Below are positions 46,315-64,000 of a stretch of DNA of 64,000 nucleotides, one piece after another. Both the position numbers and the translations under genes were made by a program. The stretch is taken from positions 44,206,001-44,270,000 of the forward strand of contig CM022665.1 in NCBI GenBank assembly GCA_012295275.1, written 5' to 3'. The DNA comes from Chrysomallon squamiferum (Eukaryota; Animalia; Mollusca). The first letter of the stretch is position 1, and each line of letters starts with the position of its first letter. The notes beneath the pieces were generated by a model, which worked only from the letters and a program-made list of their open reading frames with translations, had not been told where the DNA came from and made no database searches.

Positions 46315-47181
46315 GTGACACACAGTTACACTCACAACAGCTAGGCAGACTCATACCTGTATGTTCATGTAGCTAATGTAATTGCGAAAGCCAACGCTGT
46401 AGCCTACATCACCTGACACAGCAGCTTACTAATCACAGCTTCACTCAGACATACATCTCTCTATCCTTTCGATAAATTATGAAAATGAATTTTTTAACCA
46501 TTCATCGATTTACTTGGGGGGGAATTGTTTTGGGGTTTTGTTTCTTTCTGCTTTAAATACCCTTACAAAAAAAAAAAAAAAAAACATGTTTATTTAGCTG
46601 AAGAATCCCGTTTCTGTTTTTGTTACAATATTAGCCTCACTCCGTCGTTTTGTGACAGAAAATGTATCCAAATAACCAGCAGCATAAGGAATGCGAGGCT
46701 TGCTTCGTGTAAACATTAATAATTGAGCCGAGTGATGTCACAGCCTCCATGGTGAATTGCCAACTGTATTGATTGCTGCAGTAGAGGGAAAAAACAAAAT
46801 CAATACTAGCAGTGTTCTGATGCTTGGGTGGACATTATAAATTCTCCGGCTCCCAATGCAGACTGCTTTTCTGGAACAGTTCATGTAGGAAATACAAGGG
46901 AACGCAGTGTCGCAATCGATAATTTTCGTCTCCCTCATTTTGCACTGAATGTACAAGTTGAACTGTTATTTTTTGCGACAGAGCACTGTCACAGAACATC
47001 GGCTCCGTCTGGGTCCACATTGAACTAATACTGCTGCAACATTTGGTTGTCAGAGCTGACTACATCTGTCGGCCAGCACCTTTGAAATGTGGGATAAGTC
47101 CCATGCAATAATTATACTGACCTATCGTGATGGTCTTTCGATAGAGGAAACATCGGCATCTATCAGATTTTAGGAGTAAAT

Positions 47182-63899
<16,718 letters not shown>

Positions 63900-64000
63900 T
63901 GACTGTCGCACATCCAGAATCAGAAATTCCATCGTAGAGAGCTTGTCTGTGTTTGTCCGTGTCCGTGTCCGTGTTGTAGCAGCTTTTGTCGTTTAAATCC

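Overview
AT-rich, microsatellite-dense animal genomic DNA with spliceosomal GT-AG introns, most likely molluscan (the kinesin light chain N-terminus and linker resemble the squid protein as I recall it). Five intron-containing genes can be reconstructed by hand: (1) the 3' part of a cyclic-nucleotide-gated channel subunit (+, to 5589); (2,3) a tail-to-tail pair of paralogous 8-exon hormone-sensitive-lipase-family (HGGG / GxSxG) esterases (+ 8176-16306; - 26130-22519, the latter with an apparent +1 frameshift in exon 1); (4) a complete eIF5 gene (-, 33461-28258) with a spliced, overlapping uORF started by three in-frame poor-context AUGs; (5) the 5' part of kinesin light chain (+, runs off the window) with two alternative N-terminal exons and a tandem pair of 88-nt mutually exclusive TPR2 exons. 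Also notable: tandem repeats seeded on exon-intron junctions at several independent sites, a degenerate LINE fragment, SINE-like relics, and an orphan CpG-rich promoter-like island at about 21 kb. All gene models are manual readings without transcript evidence.
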